Source of the DNA: Octopus vulgaris
Taxonomy: Eukaryota
Direction of reading: 5' to 3'
DNA length: 64,000 bases
NCBI GenBank assembly: GCA_951406725.2
Contig: OX597831.1
Location: 56,606,001-56,670,000 of the forward strand
In this document: positions 14,089 to 28,420 of the stretch, in pieces
How positions within the stretch are numbered: position 1 is the stretch's first letter
Layout: the number at the start of each line of letters is the position of its first letter
Position numbers and translations under genes: made by a program
Notes under the pieces: generated by a model
What the model was told of the DNA's origin: nothing
The model's input: only the letters and a program-made list of their open reading frames with translations
Database searches by the model: none

Positions 14089-14241
14089 TATATTATATAA
14101 ATTAGAGACAAAACCACTATTATGCAAATCAAACAAAGAAAGACTTAAGCCAATACATAAAATAATTTATATAAATTATTTTATGTATTGGCTTAAGTCT
14201 TTCTTTGTTTGATTTGCATAATAGTGGTTTTGTCTCTAATT

Positions 14242-14252
<11 letters not shown>
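14089..14252. repeat. Perfect 164-bp palindrome (82-bp arms, no loop)
   Basis: Centre at 14170/14171. Arms are exact reverse complements. Lies between two (TA)n tracts. Confidence 0.95.
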
Positions 14253-14283
<31 letters not shown>

Positions 14284-15973
14284 AGAGAGAGAGGGGGAAG
14301 AGAGATAAACACATCCTGGTTATTGACAAAAGTATTATATTTGACATAATAGGGTTGAAACTAGAAACCTTGGATTGAAGTTAATATATGAAAGATAACA
14401 CTACTGTTGAATTCAGGAATACTGAGCGATTCATAAAAAAACATATATGTTAATATCTTACTGATCCCTGTGTGTAAATCAAAAGAAATGTATTACATAA
14501 TTAACAGTAGAAGTAATATTCATGAACAGAGTGCTCTATAGGCCTTCAGAGATTAAGACTGAAGAAATTCTAGTTTTTTAAACTAGTACCCTAAATCTTT
14601 AGAAGCAATTTTCTTTTTCTTTTCTTTTTTTTTTTTGTCATGCTAAGTGTGCTTAAATATTAAGTATCTACAGCTGTCTCTAAAAGAGTACACATGATGA
14701 CAAATCATTGTGCATGCAAGGCTACAGTTCATATCAATAGTTCTTAAAAGTAATTAAAAGTAGATAAAGAAATACAAATGGTAGTTTCTAAAATTTGCAA
14801 TTATTTAATTTGAAGCTTGTCTTTTCAACTTAACAAAAATATATACCAGAATAATAATTTTCCTTCAAATTTATTTATTTCAGAAGGCCATAGATCCCCC
14901 CACCACTGATCTAAAATCACAAAATTGTGAAAATAAAAGTTTGATATAAAATCATGGCATCATGACACTAGTATACTTATCTAAAACAGTGGTGGAGAAA
15001 TATATTTTTATACTGGAAGTTAATGCCATAAGTTAATGCCATAAGCCATTCCTTTTCATGTGCTCTGTTCATTTTCAAAATCAACCACGTTTCTATCATT
15101 TAGTTTTTTGCTGTCTTCTTTATCTTCATTCAAGGGCTAACATAAAATTATCTATTTTTTCTTCAGTGTTATGTACATGTCCTCGCATCGTCTGTTCTGT
15201 TATACTTTAGTTGAAAGAGTTTTGCTGTATGTTTAATACTTTGTTATGCTCTACTTTGTCTTAGTAAAAGTTCAAAAAAGTATTATTTTCCGGTTGCATA
15301 TCATTTAAGTTAAGCTTTGATACACTTAAGTATGTCATACATAGTTTTTTTCATTTATTCTCATACTTATTGTAGTCTTATCTTGTGATATTGTAAATGC
15401 ATTGTCCTATGTCTGTTGTCCCAATCCTTTATTATTGTCCTATTTTAACTACACCTTTCCCTAGTAGAATTTTTCTTTAAATCTACAGGTACACTGAAGT
15501 TAGCAGTACTGTTGTTAAGTATCAAAACTGTAGAACTTCAGTCAACAGCTAATGAGGAAAAATATGTGTCCTTGTTCATCCTTTTTTAATGTTCTATTTA
15601 TTTGATTTGCTCTCTCTCTTTCTTTCTTTCTCTCGCTTTCTCTCTTTCTTTCTCTTTATCCCACTAAAACTCTATCCCACTATCTCACTCTCCCTACCTC
15701 TCTCACTCTCTCTATCTCTATCACACATTCTCTCTCTCTCTCTCACTCTGTGAGTATGTAGCTGTTTGGAAGACCGTTGGATGGATTGCATTTGTAATAA
15801 AAAAAGATCTAGGCTAGCTATGCACATTGCATCACACCGATTCTGACTCAGGATTGCATTGAAAGTACACATGCTTGAGGAACATTCAACTACTTACTCA
15901 CAAATACAATGAGTAGGTAGCTAAATTGGTTGATTAACTGAACACTAATAATTGAAAATGAGGAAAATCCATT

Positions 15974-16015
<42 letters not shown>

Positions 16016-19000
16016 AAATATGTGTATTTATGTAAATACCTATCTATATATCAATTTATTTATCTATCTCTATATATATATATTACATTATAGAAACACA
16101 TGTATGTATGTGTGGGTGTGTGTGTTTACACACTAAAAAGACCTCAGGCAGATGCAACAACTTAACATGTTAGTAAATTACATAGTATCACCGAGACAAT
16201 GATATTCATTTATAAAAGTAAAATAACTCAATACCAATACAATACATAGTGTAAAAACATGAATGGTAGAGTAAACTATAAAAAAAACTGAACAACATAT
16301 TGCATGAAACAAAAAGTAAAAAAAGGAACATATAATTGATTGTTGTTGGCGAAACATGTCTGAGCCTAGAATAATCAATATTTTATTAGTTTTGGGTAAT
16401 AAACTAATGTATTTCTAATCAATATTTACATGATATTAAAAACAAAGAGTGTAAACTTTCGTATTGAAGTAAAATTAATGATAATAAATTGCAACAAAAT
16501 TCCCTTCTGTTCCATTTTGTCCTCTTTTTTTAATATCAAATTTTGCCTTTTCCCCACTTTTTCTTTTAAGAATATATGGACTTCACAGAATTTTATGGAG
16601 AGCAAGAGGGCGAATGAATGGTAAAATATGCTAAGTCAGGGAATCACAAAGCTCTTATATAAAATTAAACTGGGGTAGGGCCAATGAATTTCAAGAAGAA
16701 AGGGCACTTAACAAAATTGATAAAATAGAAAGAAAATTTATCATGGGGTTTAAATTTTTCATTATTATCATCATTTAACATAATCATTTTTGAAAACAAT
16801 CAACTATGTCAATTAAATCTTACTACTATCTTTAACTACATGCTGATGACTTGTTTCATTCAAACATTACCAAAATCAGTGTAACATTTTTTTCTCTTCT
16901 TTATAGATGAGTGGGATCAAGGATGCTGGACTTGGGACACACCAACTCAGATGTGAAAGCAACATTCTCAGATATGACAAACAGCTTCTCTTTGTCAAGT
17001 ATACAACACTGGAAGCTGATGGCAAATAAGTAATATAATATTTTAGATATGATAGTCAAAAGGCAACCCTAACAGCAAACATCCACTTCACAGACATGAT
17101 TGCTCAGGTGTTAGCAATAAGTCAAGAAAGGACAGCTATAACTGGAACACCTTTGATCATAGGTCTGCTTGATCAGAGTCGAGAGCTAAACAACAGAGTA
17201 ATCATTAAAGGAAATATTTTTTATGTTTTTATGTATCTATAATTTTATTTAATTATGTTTTGCTGTTATAAAAGTAGCACTTGGCTCTTTTTAATTCATG
17301 TATGCCAGCAATATCTTGAATTTCACCTAAAGCAATAATTCTAAACACTAGGATCTAGAACAAGCAATAACTAAATCTTCCTTGTATTGCTTTTCCATGA
17401 AACTGCATATACAGAAGTTAGTCATGAAAACTAATCCCAGTATTGCTGGATTCAAAAATTTGTTTAGAAATTCAGCCAAATTGTTGATAATTAGCAGATT
17501 TCAGTAGCAAATATAAATTTTGAATTTTATTTTTGTAACTTATTTCATTAAGCCTGACAATACATGGAACAAAACCAAGTAGTATGTGAAGTAAAATCTT
17601 TTAATATATGAAATAAAATTTGGCAATATATGAAAGACTCATAGTATACGAAATTAAATCAGACAGTATTTGAAAAGAAATCTTGCAACATACAAAATGA
17701 CATTAGTGAAAGTTAGTTTGTACTGTCTCTTTGCCTTGACTTTATATGATAATTGTAAATGAAAGTCACTGTCATCCTTCAATTCCAACCTTTTGTGAAA
17801 ACATATCTGGTCATAGGGAAATATTTGTTTAATTTTGACAAAAGGCAAGCAGTTTTGGGGGAGTCATTTTATTGACTCAGAAAGGATGAAATACAAAGTC
17901 AGTCATGGCAGAATTTGAACTCAGAACATAGATCTATGATAATTTTCTACCATCAGGTAATACTGTAAAAATCTGACACAAAACTTCCTTGATTTTGTAT
18001 CTCCTTTAAAAAGTCATTTATAAAACTGACTTTATTTAACATGCTATATTAAGTTTCAAATTATTGCAGATATCAACTATATTTTGAAAGAAATCCCCCT
18101 GAACTTCCAACATATTAAGATGAGGTTATATTCAAACTAAATTTGTTATGGTTTAATTTGAAATTGTTGAGACCAAGCCTTATTTTTTCTAACAGCATAT
18201 ATAACAACACTGATAAGAGATTAAAGGTGAACAACAGTAAAATTCAGATAATACCAAGTGCTTATGATATATTTGCTTTACCCTTTTAACTGCGGAATTA
18301 AATTTCATGGTTGTCCTAGTAATGATGTTAAATATTTACCAAAAAATAAAAATTGGTATTTTCTGCAAGTTAGTTGCCTCAATAAACTTGACATATACTA
18401 GTGAAAATAGTTTTAAACATAACATTCTGCAAAAGATAGATAGATATATAAAATTACTCTCTGCAGTTAAAGGTAATAAAATTTTGAGTGGATATATCTT
18501 TCTGCAGTAAAAGGGTTGATTTATCTAGCTAAAATTATGTTTAAAATTCTGAAAGTAAAATAAATAAAATTAATGCCAAAAACAACAAGAAATTCAGAGA
18601 AATCTATGGGGTGAATCTTTCTTTATAATTAAAGGAGGCCATTTATTTGCATATAAAACAGCATGTCTATCCAGTTACACATGCTCCTCATAATTTACAT
18701 CATTAGCATAACGAAACAAAGTTATTTAACATCACACAAGACAGAAGTTCACAAAAAAAGTCTAGATATAAAACCTGTTCCTAAGACTTGTAAAATTCTA
18801 AATATCTACAGAATCATTTCAACCTTACTTAAGATTATTTTTTTTAACCACAATCACATAAAAGCAATGATAATAAAAAAATCACTTTGTAAATAAATTT
18901 GAATTTTCACCACTATTTTCTTTTTCATACTTACATTTAGTTATTTTAAACTATGACAAGAACTGGTATTTTATATAACTTCATAGGTCAGTAACCTTTA

Positions 19001-19622
19001 TAGGTCAATATATATAGTAACTAACAGGAACAGAAACTGAGGTGACTAGCATACAAAACAAAGTACCATGTGCTCATACACACCTGTAAACCTGGCAATA
19101 TGAGTTCTTTGGAAGCATAACAAAGCTTCATAAGGCAGGTGTACTATCTGGGAAAGTAAGTGACATGTACTTGATCAATATGTATGTGTAGTTGTCGTTA
19201 TTATTAAGGTGGCAAGCTGGCAGAATTATTACTGCACTGGGCAAAATGCTTAGCAGTATTTTCCCAGCTTTATATTCCAACTTCAAATGCTGCTGAGATT
19301 GACTTTATCTTTCATCCTTTCGGGTCAATGAAATAAGTACCAGTTGAATACTGGGGTTGATATAATTGACTTACCCGCCTTCCACTGTAGTAGAAAGGAT
19401 TATCATTATTATTAAGATGGGGAAATATTACCTCACTTGAAAGCAGGTGAAGGTTGGTGACAGGAAGGACATCTGGGTGTAGAAAAATCTACCTCAACAA
19501 ATTTCATCTGACCCATGTGAGCATGAAAAAGTGGACATTAAGATGATGATGACTATATCATTGTACCATTGGGAGGATCATTTTGCCAACAGAAACACAC
19601 ACACACAGACAAACACACACTA

Positions 19623-19940
19623 GTTATATTTCAGGTTTTATTTTTATCAGCCAATTAGTCAACTAATTAACTAATCAATTATTTGATCAATTAATCAGTT
19701 GATTTATTAGAATTCCTTTGTCACAATCTGCAACCTCATCAATGACATGCCCTCATTGGCACCATTTTGCAACTGAAGCAGAAGAGATGAGAGCATTTTC
19801 ATTGATAAGGTTGCAGATGAAAATGAAAGGATCCTGATAAATCAAACCAACTGACTAAGTAAATGATTGATCAAATAATTGACGATTAGTTAATTAGCTA
19901 ATAATAACTGACTGATAATAACAAAGAAGCAAAATATAAC
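19623..19940. repeat. Imperfect fold-back inverted repeat (~320 bp)
   Basis: ctaattaactaatcaattatttgatcaat pairs with attgatcaaataattgacgattagttaattag. atctgcaacctcatcaatga pairs with tcattgataaggttgcagat. Confidence 0.85.
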
Positions 19941-21964
19941 CAATGTGTGCATGTTTTTATTGGCAAAATTACCCTCCCAAAAAACAACCTCTGTTTTAAC
20001 CCATAATTTTACATTAGGGGCTAAAAAGCAAAGCAAGTCAACCCAGACTGAGAAGACCCATGACATAAATATCCATCGTTTTGGTTTTTTTTCTTTCAAA
20101 AGCAGTGTATTTAAGTCTACATTATTCATTATGTTTTATTCTTTTTAAACACCAAGACGTAACTTTAGAGATATTTGGTTGCTTTTGACCAATACTCTAA
20201 CAATTCTGCCAATCTACCTGCCTAATAATAGCTAATAATACAGCTGTGTGTATTCTGGTATGTAGAGCAGGTAACCTGTACCCCTCTGTGCTGTAAGAGT
20301 CAACTAAAAAGGGTGCCATCAGCAGGGGAACATCCAGCAATAAAACACTGCCTTGTAAAGCTCTGTCCAACCCATGTCAATACAGAAAAGCAGATGTTAA
20401 AGTGATGATGATAAAATATTACAATGTAGCTGTGTTTTTAAAAGCAAAAAATAGGTGAATGCTTAGGATGACTGACTTCTGGCTTTACATACCATAATCT
20501 CAAATACCTACAAGAGGCATTATATTTCCTAGATACTCCCAACCATGTTGAATGCTGGATCATGCAGAGAAACAATGCAGATGATTTCAATGACATTCAG
20601 GTTATGGAACAAGACGGTGGAAAATATTAAAGAAAGATATTTTCTTGCATCAAACGGAAGAGACTACTTTTACAAAATCCCCACCCAAGAAATGTGAAGA
20701 TTAGCTTAAGAACTGTATAGTTTCTTTCAAGGTTGGTACTAGGAAAATCTTCTAACCTAATTATTATATATTTATCAACATCACAATCATCTGCATCACC
20801 ACCACCACCACCATTATTAAGGTGGTGCGCTGGAAGAATTGTTTGCATGCAAGACAAAATGCTTTGCGGCATTTCTTCTAGCTCTCTAAATTCTGACTTC
20901 AAATTCCACCAAGGTTGGCTGTGCCTTTCAAAGTCAATAAAATAAGTACTAATTGAGCAATGAGGTAAATGTAATCAACTAGCTCCTCCCCTAAAGTTTC
21001 AGGCCTTGTGCCTATAGTAGAAAAGATTATTATTATTATTATTCAGGTGGTGAGCTGGCAGAATCATTAGCATGTCGGATGAAATGCTTAGCTGTATTTT
21101 GCCTATCACTACATTCTGAGTTCAAATTCTGCCGAGGTTGACCTTAGTCTTCATCCTTTCAAAGTCAATAAAATAAGTACCAGTTGAACACTGGGGTCGA
21201 TGTAATTGACTCATCCCCTCCCCCCAAAATGCTGCACTTGTGGCAAAATTGAAACCATTATTATTACTATTATTATTGCAATTATTGTCATTATCATTGT
21301 TATCATCATCATCATCATTATTATTTTTAGCACTCTGGTATTATTGCAGACCGCCATTGGAACTGCAAACTCCTAATTAAATGAATTGTGTTAATTTCTC
21401 CTTAAGGCTATCCTTTAATCACAGATATAAGAGAAACGAAAGAAATTTTATGCCAGAATATGAAAAACAATGCAACTGAGATATATTAGCCATCTCAAAC
21501 AACCAATTGCTTTATTTCACAAAACAATTCAAATGCATCTTGGGGAACCAGACAGAATCAAGCCTCTATGCAGTAAAATAAATCTGCTTAGAAACAGCAA
21601 CTAAATCTCCCCTCAAAATAAACCTTATTATCTTGTAAAACAGTGAAGGAAACACTGAATAATGTAAGTCTAGAAACATTATATTTAAAAGAAAATAAGA
21701 CAGGATGATCACAATATGTAACTCATTTGATCACAAGTTTGCTTGACCTAGTATGATTAAAAGGAAAAGAACTTCCACCGGTTTACTTGATCTAAATTAC
21801 AACCTACTGTTTTATTACAAAGCAAGACACATAGGATAATGTAGTGTCAGATACATGACATCTTATTGTTTAATTGTTTAACATTCACTTTTAAATGCTT
21901 GCAATTTTGGGTGTGTTTTCTGAGGCCAAATGTCCTTCCCCTTGCTAATCTTTTTAGTCACTTT

Positions 21965-21999
<35 letters not shown>

Positions 22000-22301
22000 T
22001 CTTTTACTCTTTTACTTGTTTCAGTCATTTGACTGCGGCCATGCTGGAGCACCGCCTTTAATCGAGCAAATCGACCCCGGGACTTATTCTTTGTAAGCCC
22101 AGTACTTATTCTATCGATCTCTTTTGCCGAACCGCTAAGTAACGGGGACGTAAACACACCAGCATCGGTTGTCAAGCAATGCTAGGGGGACAAACACAGA
22201 CACACAAACATACACACACATACATATATATATATACATATATACGACAGGCTTCTTTCAGTTTCCGTCTACCAAATCCACTCACAAGGCATTATATTTT
22301 T

Positions 22302-22694
22302 TTTTACTTGTTTCAGTCATTTGATTGCGGCCATGCTGGAGCACTGCCTTTAGTCGAGCAAATCTCTCCCAGAACTTATTTTTTGTAAGCCTAGTACTTA
22401 TTCTATCGGTCTCTTTTGCCAAACCACTAAGTTATGGGGATGTAAACACACCAGCATCGGTTGTCAAGTGATGTTGTGGGACAAAAACAAACACACAAAC
22501 ACACACACATACACATATATATATATACATATAATGGGCTTCTTTCAGTTTCCGTCTACCAAATCCACTCACAAGGCTTTGGTCGGCCTGAGGCTATAGT
22601 AGAAGACACTTGCCCAAAGTGCCACACAGTGGGACTGAACCCGGAACCATGTGGTTGGTAAGCAAGCTACTTACCACACAGCCACTCCTGCGCC
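22302..22694 (-). mobile_element. Full-length tRNA-derived CORE-like SINE with internal (TA/TG)n microsatellite (octopus-type)
   Basis: Head ggcgcaggagTGGCTGTGTGG...GGTTCAGTCC, core ggcactttgggcaagtgtc, tail gactgaaacaagtaaaa. Approximate other copies: 9192-, 21999-, 23705-, 24576+, 25480-, 31620+, 32918-, 38100+, 41178+, 61353-, 61744+, 62030+. Confidence 0.9.
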
Positions 22695-23923
22695 TATTGC
22701 TAACTTTTTTTTTTTAACTATCACTCACTTTTTCACTACCACTCCAGCAATGCTCCTTTGCTACAGTTCAATACAAATATACCACCAAAAAAAAAATTGC
22801 TACAAAAAAGATTGATAGCCATTAAATGACTACTTGTATAGAAGTCATCAATGCAATATGGAATGTCAAAACAATATTTGAACCTCTAATATTGTGCCAA
22901 AATTTGTTTGGCACAAGGCCAGCAACTTTGGGAGAGGGGGTAAGTTGATTACATTGACTTCAGTATTCAAGTGATACTTATTTTATTGATTCCAAAAGGA
23001 TGAAAGGCAAAATTGACCTCAATGAGATTTGAACTAAGAATGTAAAGACAGACAAAAGTATTTTGTCCAGCATGCTAATGATTCTGCCAGCTCACTGACT
23101 TATTTCAACCTTTAATATTGATTTCAAATTTTGGTACAAAGCCAGCAATTTCAGGGGAGGTGAGCCAGTTAATTACATCAACCTCAGTGCTCAACCAGTA
23201 CTTATACTATTGAACCTGAATTGATGAAAGGCAAAGTTGACCTCAGCAGAATTTGAACACAGAACATAAAGATGGATGAAATGCCACTAAGCATTTTGCC
23301 TGGCATGCTAATGGTTCTGTCAGCTTGCCGCCTTTTTTCAATCTCTAACATTACTAGATGATTTGTACACAGAATAAAAACTGAAAATATTTTTAAAAAT
23401 TAGAATAATTAAAGGTGTATTCATTCTTCCTGCTACTGTCACCTCCTTATGTTGCTAGCACTCATATAAGAAAAGTTCCCATTCCTCTGTCTCTTCAGTG
23501 GGGTACCACTCACTCTGACAAGCACTGTTCTACAACACACAACATCAAAGTCCTATTGAAAAACTGGGATAAATACACTATATATGATAATGCAAAAATA
23601 TGATGCACACAGCTGGAATGAGTTCATTGTAGGTTGCTTGATCAAAGCTGAACCCGAGAACATCTGTAACCAGTACTTGACAACCAAAGTTTGCCCAGAT
23701 GTAGTCTTTATCTTCTACATGTGTCAGTCATTAGACTGTGGACATGTCGGGGCACCAGCTTGAAGAGTTTTCAGTCAAATGAATCAACACCAGTACTTTT
23801 TTAAAGCCTGATACTTATTCTATTGGTCTCTTTTACCACACTGTTAAGTTATGGGAATGTAAATACACCAAAATCAGTTGTCAAGTGGTGGAGAGAGGAA
23901 CAAACACAAATACAAAGAAACAC

Positions 23924-23968
<45 letters not shown>

Positions 23969-24737
23969 ATGGGCTTCTTTCACTTTCTACCTTCCAAATC
24001 CACTCACAAGGCTTTGGTCAGCCCAAGGCTGTAGTAGAAGACACTTGCCCAAAGTGCCATGCAGTGGGACAACTTCTTATCAGAGTTTTTTTCCCCTTTT
24101 TTTTAGTGTAACATCTCAATGTTTCTTTAATGCTTTCTCGTTACACTGTCCCTTTTTAAACCAAATCCATGCACTCATTCCTCTTACATATTTCAGATAT
24201 GTCTCACCCACCAGACTGTACTAAATACTTTCCAAAACTTTTTTTCCTCAGACACACATACTATTGGAACTCCTCCAAGTTTATGTTTCCTCCCATCTAC
24301 TCCACTAACCAACAACAGTCACTATGTGACCTTTCAAAAAGCTAGAAATAGCAACTAAATCCACCTCAAATCACAACCTGCCCAAAGAAAGACATCAAAT
24401 AACAGTTTTAAATAGACTATGTCCAAATAAAAGACTGGGCAAGGGGGAATGGTCAGTGTTATAGTCTGATTACCCACCCAATGTCACAGATGACCATGAG
24501 CTAATGACTACAAACTAACAAATAATTGTATTCAAACTGAGCATCTATTTCACCCGGTTGATCTTATCTCCATATAGGTGCAACCATGGCCATATGGTAA
24601 GAAACTTGCTTCCCAACCACATAGTTCTGGGTTCAGTCCCACTGCATGGCACCTTGGGTAAGTGTCTTCTACTATAGCCTCAAGCTGATCAAAACCTTGT
24701 AAGTGGCTTTGGCAGATGGAAACTAAAAGAAGCCTTC

Positions 24738-24829
<92 letters not shown>

Positions 24830-27774
24830 CTGTGTTTGTCCCCCACCACTGCTTGACAACCGATGTTGGTTACCTTTCTGTAACTTAGTGGTTCAGCAAA
24901 AAGAGAATGATAGAATAAGTACCAGGCTTGATAAAAATCATGTACTGGTGTTGATTTATTCTACTAAAAATTCTTCAAGGCAAGGCTGCAGGCTAATGAT
25001 AAAAGATAATTGAAGAGGGTCTGAACAGTCTACGGACACTGACTCTTTTCTCATAAGAAAATGTAATATAAATAAACACTACATGTGCATTGACTTTGTA
25101 AATATAACCCCATGGGAACAGGCAGAGCTGTGTGGTTAAAAGACCTGCAACTCAATATGGTCTCAAGTTCAACCAACTGCTCACATCGACCAAAACCTAA
25201 TGTGAGAAATTTAATAGGTGAAAACTGTGTGGAAGCTTTTGGAAGATGGTAGGCTAGAAGCATTACTCAGTTTAACACCACCATTTGGCCCCTGATGAGG
25301 AGGGGTTGCCTTTAGCAGAATTCATACTGTTTGAAAGCAGGTCTCTGGTTGGAGGGTAACTTCCTCCCTTCTTGAGGCCCTGGAAAGAGCTGTAAGAGCT
25401 GACTTTCTTTCTTTGAGTGAGCTATTAAAAAAAGAAACAGAAAGCAACATAACTTTTGAAAGCTCCAGTTCATTTTATTTTGACAACTCATTTCAATCAT
25501 TGGACTGTAGTCTTGCTGGGCCACTGACTTGAAGGGTTCATAGTCAAATAAATAAAGCCAAGTACTTATTTTTTAAAGTTTGGTACTTAGTCTAATGGTC
25601 TCTTTTGCTGAACCACTTAGAAGAATGAAAACAAACCAACACCAGTTATCAAGCAAAGGGGATGGGTACACACACACACACACATATAACAGGCTTTCAC
25701 ACAGTTCTGCCTACCAGATTCACTTACTCAAGGTATCACACATGGTTACAAAGAAATCTTAAAATACATTGCCATGCCTTTTTTCTTCTTTTTCTAGGGC
25801 CTCTGAGACTGGTGGAAGGAAGTTATAGTCAAACTGGAGTCTTAGCCCAAATACTTGCAAAAGAGTAAACTCTGTTAAGGGTACCCAAGGACTAGGAAGT
25901 GGTGTTAAACTGGGGCAGCAAATTGAGTCTCCCACTCAAGAACTCAATATGTAAAATAACAGAATAAATAGCTCAAGGCATCTCATCTAATACTAACAAT
26001 TATACCAGCCTACTGCCCTGGGTTGTACTTTGAGGATGAAAAGCAAAACTGATTTTAACAGGATTTGAACTCAGGCCACAGAAAGCCAGTATAAGTACTA
26101 CATGTATTTTGCTCTATGTTCTAATGATTGTCTAAATTCACAGCCTATTCATGGAAATAGTAAATATGTAGAAAGACACCTGTTACCTACATCCATTTAA
26201 CTCTTGGTTCACTAGCTTTTGTTTAGCCCAGGGTTCAGACTTGGTCTAGTGCACTTATGATCAAAGTATTTCCAACAAAAATCCGCTTAACTTTTTGTAT
26301 ATCAGAGACAACATTGCCTAATATATCCTTCTTTGTTTACACAAGTATGGTGTGATTTGAAAGCAATTTCATTGTCATTTCTGCAAGTCAATTTACCAGT
26401 TTATCAATTGAGTGGATAATATATTACCTGCTTTAGTACTGACAACCTATATCTATAACAGATAGAGAGTAGGGGGAGTGAGAAAGCAGGAAAGAGAGAA
26501 AAAGTGAAGAAGACCAAGAGAGAGTGAAAAAGAGGAGAAAGAATGAAAATAGAATTAATAGGGGAAAACAGAATGAGAAAGAAAGAGAAGGGGAGGAAGA
26601 TAACAAGGGTTGGCTAGAAAAGACCAGTAGTTGTGAAGTACTTTATTGGAACAACAAAGATTGAACAAGCACAAAAATTCCCATACATATTCACAGTAAT
26701 AGTTTCAAATTTTGGCACAAGGTCAGCAGGTTTGCAGGAGGGGCTTAGTCAATTAAATTGACCCCAGTGTTCAACTGGTGCTTATTTTATCAACCTTGGC
26801 AGAATTTCAACACAGAACGTAAAGATGGATGAAATGCTGCTAAACATTTTGCCTGGCATGCTAATGATTCTACCAGCTTACCACTTTCATGCATATTCAT
26901 TATCACCATAATGATAATTATAGTAATCATAATAATACTAATATTTTTCAAGCAGGTATAGATATGGTTTTCATAAACTAGTGAGGTACTTTGTTTTTAT
27001 TTCACACCTCCCAAAAAAACAAAAACCCAAAAAAGATTTGAGCTAAGAAACTAACTATAGTAAAGCATATAAAAAATAACACTATAAAAAACAGAAGTTT
27101 TCTCATCTGTGTACGAGATGACAAAAAGATTATCAATATAGAGAAAAAAAATGCATAAAATATGGTGATGTCTAGTCTAATGGTCTACCAATTTAACCAT
27201 CTCTAAAAATAATTCTTTATAATTTTGGCACAAGGCCAGCAATTTTGAAGGGAGTGGGCAAGTTGACTTTGTCCAATGTGCTAACGATTCTGCTAGCTCA
27301 TTGCCTTTCTAGTAATAATAATTCTTTCTGCTATAAGCACATGGCCTCATGTTAGAGGAAAGAGATAGTTGATTACATCAACCCTAGCACTCAACTGGTA
27401 CTTATTTTATTGACCTTGAAAGGATTAAAAGGTGAAGTCAACCTTGGTAGCTTTTGAACCCAAAACAAAGTTGGAAGAAATGCTACAAAGCATTTTGTCC
27501 AGTGCAGTAACAAGTCTGCCAGTTTGCCACTTTGATGATGATGATGATAATAAATCTTGTTTCTACTAAAGGCATTTTGGGGGAAGGGGCAAGTAGATTA
27601 TATCGATTCCAGTTCTTGACAGGAAGTTATTTTATCGACCCCTAAAGGATGCAAAGCAAAGTTGACCATGGCTGAATTTGAACTCTAAATGTAAAGACAA
27701 ATGAAAAATGCTATTAAGCATTTTGTCCTATGGTCCTACATGCTAATGATTCTGCCAGCTTGCCACCTTAATAA

Positions 27775-28337
27775 TCTGTATATATAAAAGACAGGATGTG
27801 TGTATGTGTGTGTGTGTGTGAATGTAATTTATGTATGTCCACAAATTAGCACGCATATCGCTCCAATTTTAGGAGGACATTTCGTTATGACCCTAGCTGT
27901 ATTTTCGTCAACTTATTTAATCCCAGAGGCACCAGCGAATAGCAGTAAAAATAAATTTTCAACCAAAACTTTTAACAATTTTCAAGTCGGAGAAATCACC
28001 TTTGTTTGCAAACAGGAGTTACGTCACCTTCTAGTGACGAGTGAGTTTTTGTTAAGACTTTTGTTGTTTTTTCCCATTGATGAAAAAAGTGCTTTGTTGA
28101 TATATGGGCAAAACACAAACATGTATGTGTACAAAAAACATATATGCAATAGGTGTACATACGTACGTGTGTGTGTGCGTTGCCCATTATATATATATAT
28201 ATATATATATATAACCCAATTTCAATGGATTTCGCCCAAATTTGACGTGGATGTTACTTAGTTTAATTTGAAATAAAGAACTTGATTAGCTTAATAATCC
28301 TAACTTAATCCTGGGCAATGCCAGGTTATACTGCTAG
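27775..28337 (+). mobile_element. Non-autonomous Helitron
   Basis: 5' end A|TCtgtatatataaaag. 3' hairpin cctgggcaatgccagg followed by CTAG|T. No TSD. Internal microsatellites. CpG-richer than its flanks. Confidence 0.85.
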
Positions 28338-28420
28338 TAATTACTAATATAGACACAAGGTTTAATGTGGTGAGCTAGCAGAATCGTAAGCACAGCAAGC
28401 AAAATACATAGTGGCATCTT

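Noticed and set aside
20472-20630. ~52-codon open frame LTSGFTYHNLKYLQEAL...
   Set aside because: No start or splice signals and no recognisable homology; within chance expectation.
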